Shown here piece by piece: positions 8,140 to 9,907 of a stretch of 9,907 bases of DNA. Position 1 is the first letter of the stretch, and every line of letters begins with the position of its first letter. The position numbers were made by a program, and so were the translations under genes. Under the pieces are notes generated by a model, which saw only the letters and a list, made by a program, of their open reading frames with translations, was not told the origin of the DNA and made no database searches. This DNA comes from Octopus sinensis (taxonomy: Eukaryota): NCBI RefSeq assembly GCF_006345805.1, contig NW_021827772.1, positions 1-9,907 of the forward strand, read 5' to 3'.

Positions 8140-8575
8140 TGTGGTAATGGTGGTAGTAGTGATGTTAGCAGTGGTAGGCGGACTGTTCTATGTATGCGAT
8201 TACGGTTGCTGTGGGGGGGGGTAATAGGTGTGTGCGCGTGTGTGTGTGTGTGTGCTCGTGTGTAAGGTTAGTAGTGATGGTAGAGATAGTAACCGCGACA
8301 ATGGGTCTTCAGTGAAAAGTGTTATGCACACGGTGAGGGCGGCGGCGGTGGCGGAGTACAGCAGTGGGGGGGGGCGGTACCGGGGTGCGGCGGCGGGTGG
8401 CGGTAGTGATGCCGGTTGTGGTGGTGGTGGTGGTGGTGTTGGTATTGGTGGTTGTGATGGTGGTAGTGGTGGTGGTTGCAATGAGGAAAATGCTATGTAT
8501 ACGTGGCGGTTGTGGTGATGGTGGCGGCTGTGGTAACAGCTGTGACATGTTGGATAGAAATGGTGGTGGTGGGGG
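8140..8575. repeat. Degenerate (GGT)n/(GGC)n/(TG)n low-complexity tract
   Basis: Visible; gives poly-P/G/T/V ORFs in several frames. Confidence 0.85.
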
Positions 8576-8719
8576 TATGAGATCCTTATACGACACAAAA
8601 AGACCTCAAAAGTGAAAGTAGGAATTAGCAAGAAATGAACAATTTAGGTTTTCCGCGTAACTACATCTACTGAAATATTTAGTTTCATATAGCTAAGCGC
8701 TGATAACAAACACATGCCT

Positions 8720-8772
8720 ATACATGCATACATACATACATACATACATACATACATACATACATACATACA

Positions 8773-8803
<31 letters not shown>

Positions 8804-8825
8804 GCATGTGTATGTGTGTGTGTAT

Positions 8826-8871
<46 letters not shown>
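8720..8871. repeat. (CATA)n-(TG)n-(CA)n-(TA)n compound microsatellite
   Basis: Visible perfect runs. Confidence 0.95.
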
Positions 8872-8873
<2 letters not shown>

Positions 8874-9067
8874 TATGTGACCTCGTGAGTACCGCTAGCG
8901 ATTTTTTTCTCTCTGTCTTCCCTTCTCGGGATCTTTCCTATGCCTGTGTTTCCGACGAAGAGCTCCGCTCGAAACGTTCTTTCCTGAGCGTCCAATAATA
9001 TTTTATTTGTTCCACGTCCTCGCGTTGCTGTGTTTTTTTCTTTTTGTGTTTTCTTGTTTGGATTAAC
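8872..9067 (+). mobile_element. Short (TA)n-flanked element carrying a hammerhead-like core; candidate Penelope-like terminal-repeat remnant
   Basis: Complex island between (TA)n tracts; hammerhead-like core 8952-8979, AATAAT at 8994-8999, T-rich 3' part; same layout as 722-879. Confidence 0.55.
8952..8979 (+). ncRNA. Minimal hammerhead ribozyme-like core (probably degenerate copy)
   Basis: CCGACGA(8952-8958)-A-stem II GAGC/TCC/GCTC(8960-8970)-GAAAC(8971-8975)-GTTC; palindromic AACGTT as stem III. No clear downstream stem I partner in this copy. Confidence 0.6.
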
Positions 9068-9074
9068 TATATAT

Positions 9075-9256
9075 CATTTTACTTGTTTCAGTCATTAGGC
9101 AGCGACCATGCTGGGGTACCGAGTTGAAGGGCTCCGATTCGTGTTTATTCTATTAATTATTTTTGCCGAACCGCTAGGTTGAGAGGACGTAAGCATACTA
9201 AAGTCGGTTTTCAAGAAGCGATGAGGGCCAAGCACAGGCACAAAGACACACGTACA
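9075..9256 (-). mobile_element. Degenerate 3' half of family B SINE
   Basis: TTTTACTTGTTTCAGTCATT...CCATGCTGGGGTACC (rc tail), TTATTCTAT...TTTTGCCGAACCGCTAGGTT...GGACGTAA match the reverse complement of 6175-6370. Confidence 0.82.
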
Positions 9257-9334
9257 AATTATCAACGCCCACCCCCGCAACGCACGTCGATATATGCGTC
9301 TACCGTATTAAATACCAAACGATGAAAATGAGTG

Positions 9335-9337
<3 letters not shown>

Positions 9338-9430
<93 letters not shown>

Positions 9431-9458
9431 CTATATATATATATATACATATATATAT
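9338..9458. repeat. Long (TA)n microsatellite
   Basis: About 120 bp nearly perfect TA run. Confidence 0.97.
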
Positions 9459-9459
9459 C

Positions 9460-9768
9460 ACACCGTATCAGCGTGACCGACCAGGCTATCAGATGTTGCT
9501 ATACATCGCTGGTCACAATGCGCTTCGCATTGTTTTAGCCTTCAAATGACGCGACCCCGCTGGCTAAGTGAGCAGGCCAACAGAAGAAAAAGTGAAAGAA
9601 AGTGGTGTCGAAAGAGTACAGCAGGGATAGCCACCACCCCTTGCCGGTGCCTCGTGGAGCTTTAGGTGTTTTCGCAATAAACACTCACAACGCCCGGTAA
9701 GAGAATCGAAACCGTGATCCTACAACCGCGAGTCCGCTGCCCTAACCACTGGACCATTGCGCCTCCAC
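9460..9768 (-). mobile_element. Family C tRNA-derived SINE, apparently full length
   Basis: Minus strand begins GGAGGCGCAATGGTCCAGTGGTTAGGGCAGCGGACTCGCGG; A box at 9746-9756, B-box-like GGTTTCGATTC at 9703-9713; ~230 bp non-tRNA body with 3' hairpins; bounded by (TA)n and (CA)n tracts. Confidence 0.8.
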
Positions 9769-9812
9769 ACACACACACACACACACACCATACATAATAT
9801 ACATACATACAT

Positions 9813-9856
<44 letters not shown>

Positions 9857-9871
9857 ATATATATATATATA
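9767..9871. repeat. (CA)n/(CATA)n/(TA)n compound microsatellite
   Basis: Visible runs. Confidence 0.92.
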
Positions 9872-9907
9872 CTACACACTGCTAGTTGATTTAAATATAT
9901 TTGCTTG

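Noticed and set aside
431-9549. All ORFs in the supplied track as protein-coding genes
   Set aside because: They translate microsatellites (IY, CV, HT, IYLS, poly-S/V/G/P/H) or SINE sequence; none shows a recognisable domain, and they overlap in several frames on both strands.
9690-9766. Functional tRNA gene on the minus strand
   Set aside because: A and B boxes are present, but there is no convincing acceptor stem or T arm, and it runs into a SINE body.

Overview
AT-rich, non-coding eukaryotic DNA made almost entirely of microsatellites and short interspersed elements. The SINE sequences and very high microsatellite density resemble octopus (coleoid cephalopod) genomic DNA; this is recognition from memory, not a database result. 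No protein-coding exon is supportable, and the ORFs listed are translations of simple repeats or SINEs. The window holds (i) about 12 full, truncated or degenerate copies of one tRNA-derived SINE family ('family A') with three alternative 3' tails, two copies with clear target-site duplications, and a roughly mirror-symmetric cluster at 3236-4501; (ii) two copies and an isolated tail of a second, CORE-like SINE ('family B'); (iii) an apparently full-length third tRNA-derived SINE on the minus strand at 9460-9768; and (iv) two otherwise dissimilar 160-200 bp elements between TA-rich microsatellites, each carrying a minimal type I hammerhead-ribozyme-like motif with a variant core (733-780, 8952-8979), of the kind associated with Penelope-like retroelements. 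The hammerhead-like motifs are the most interesting signal.
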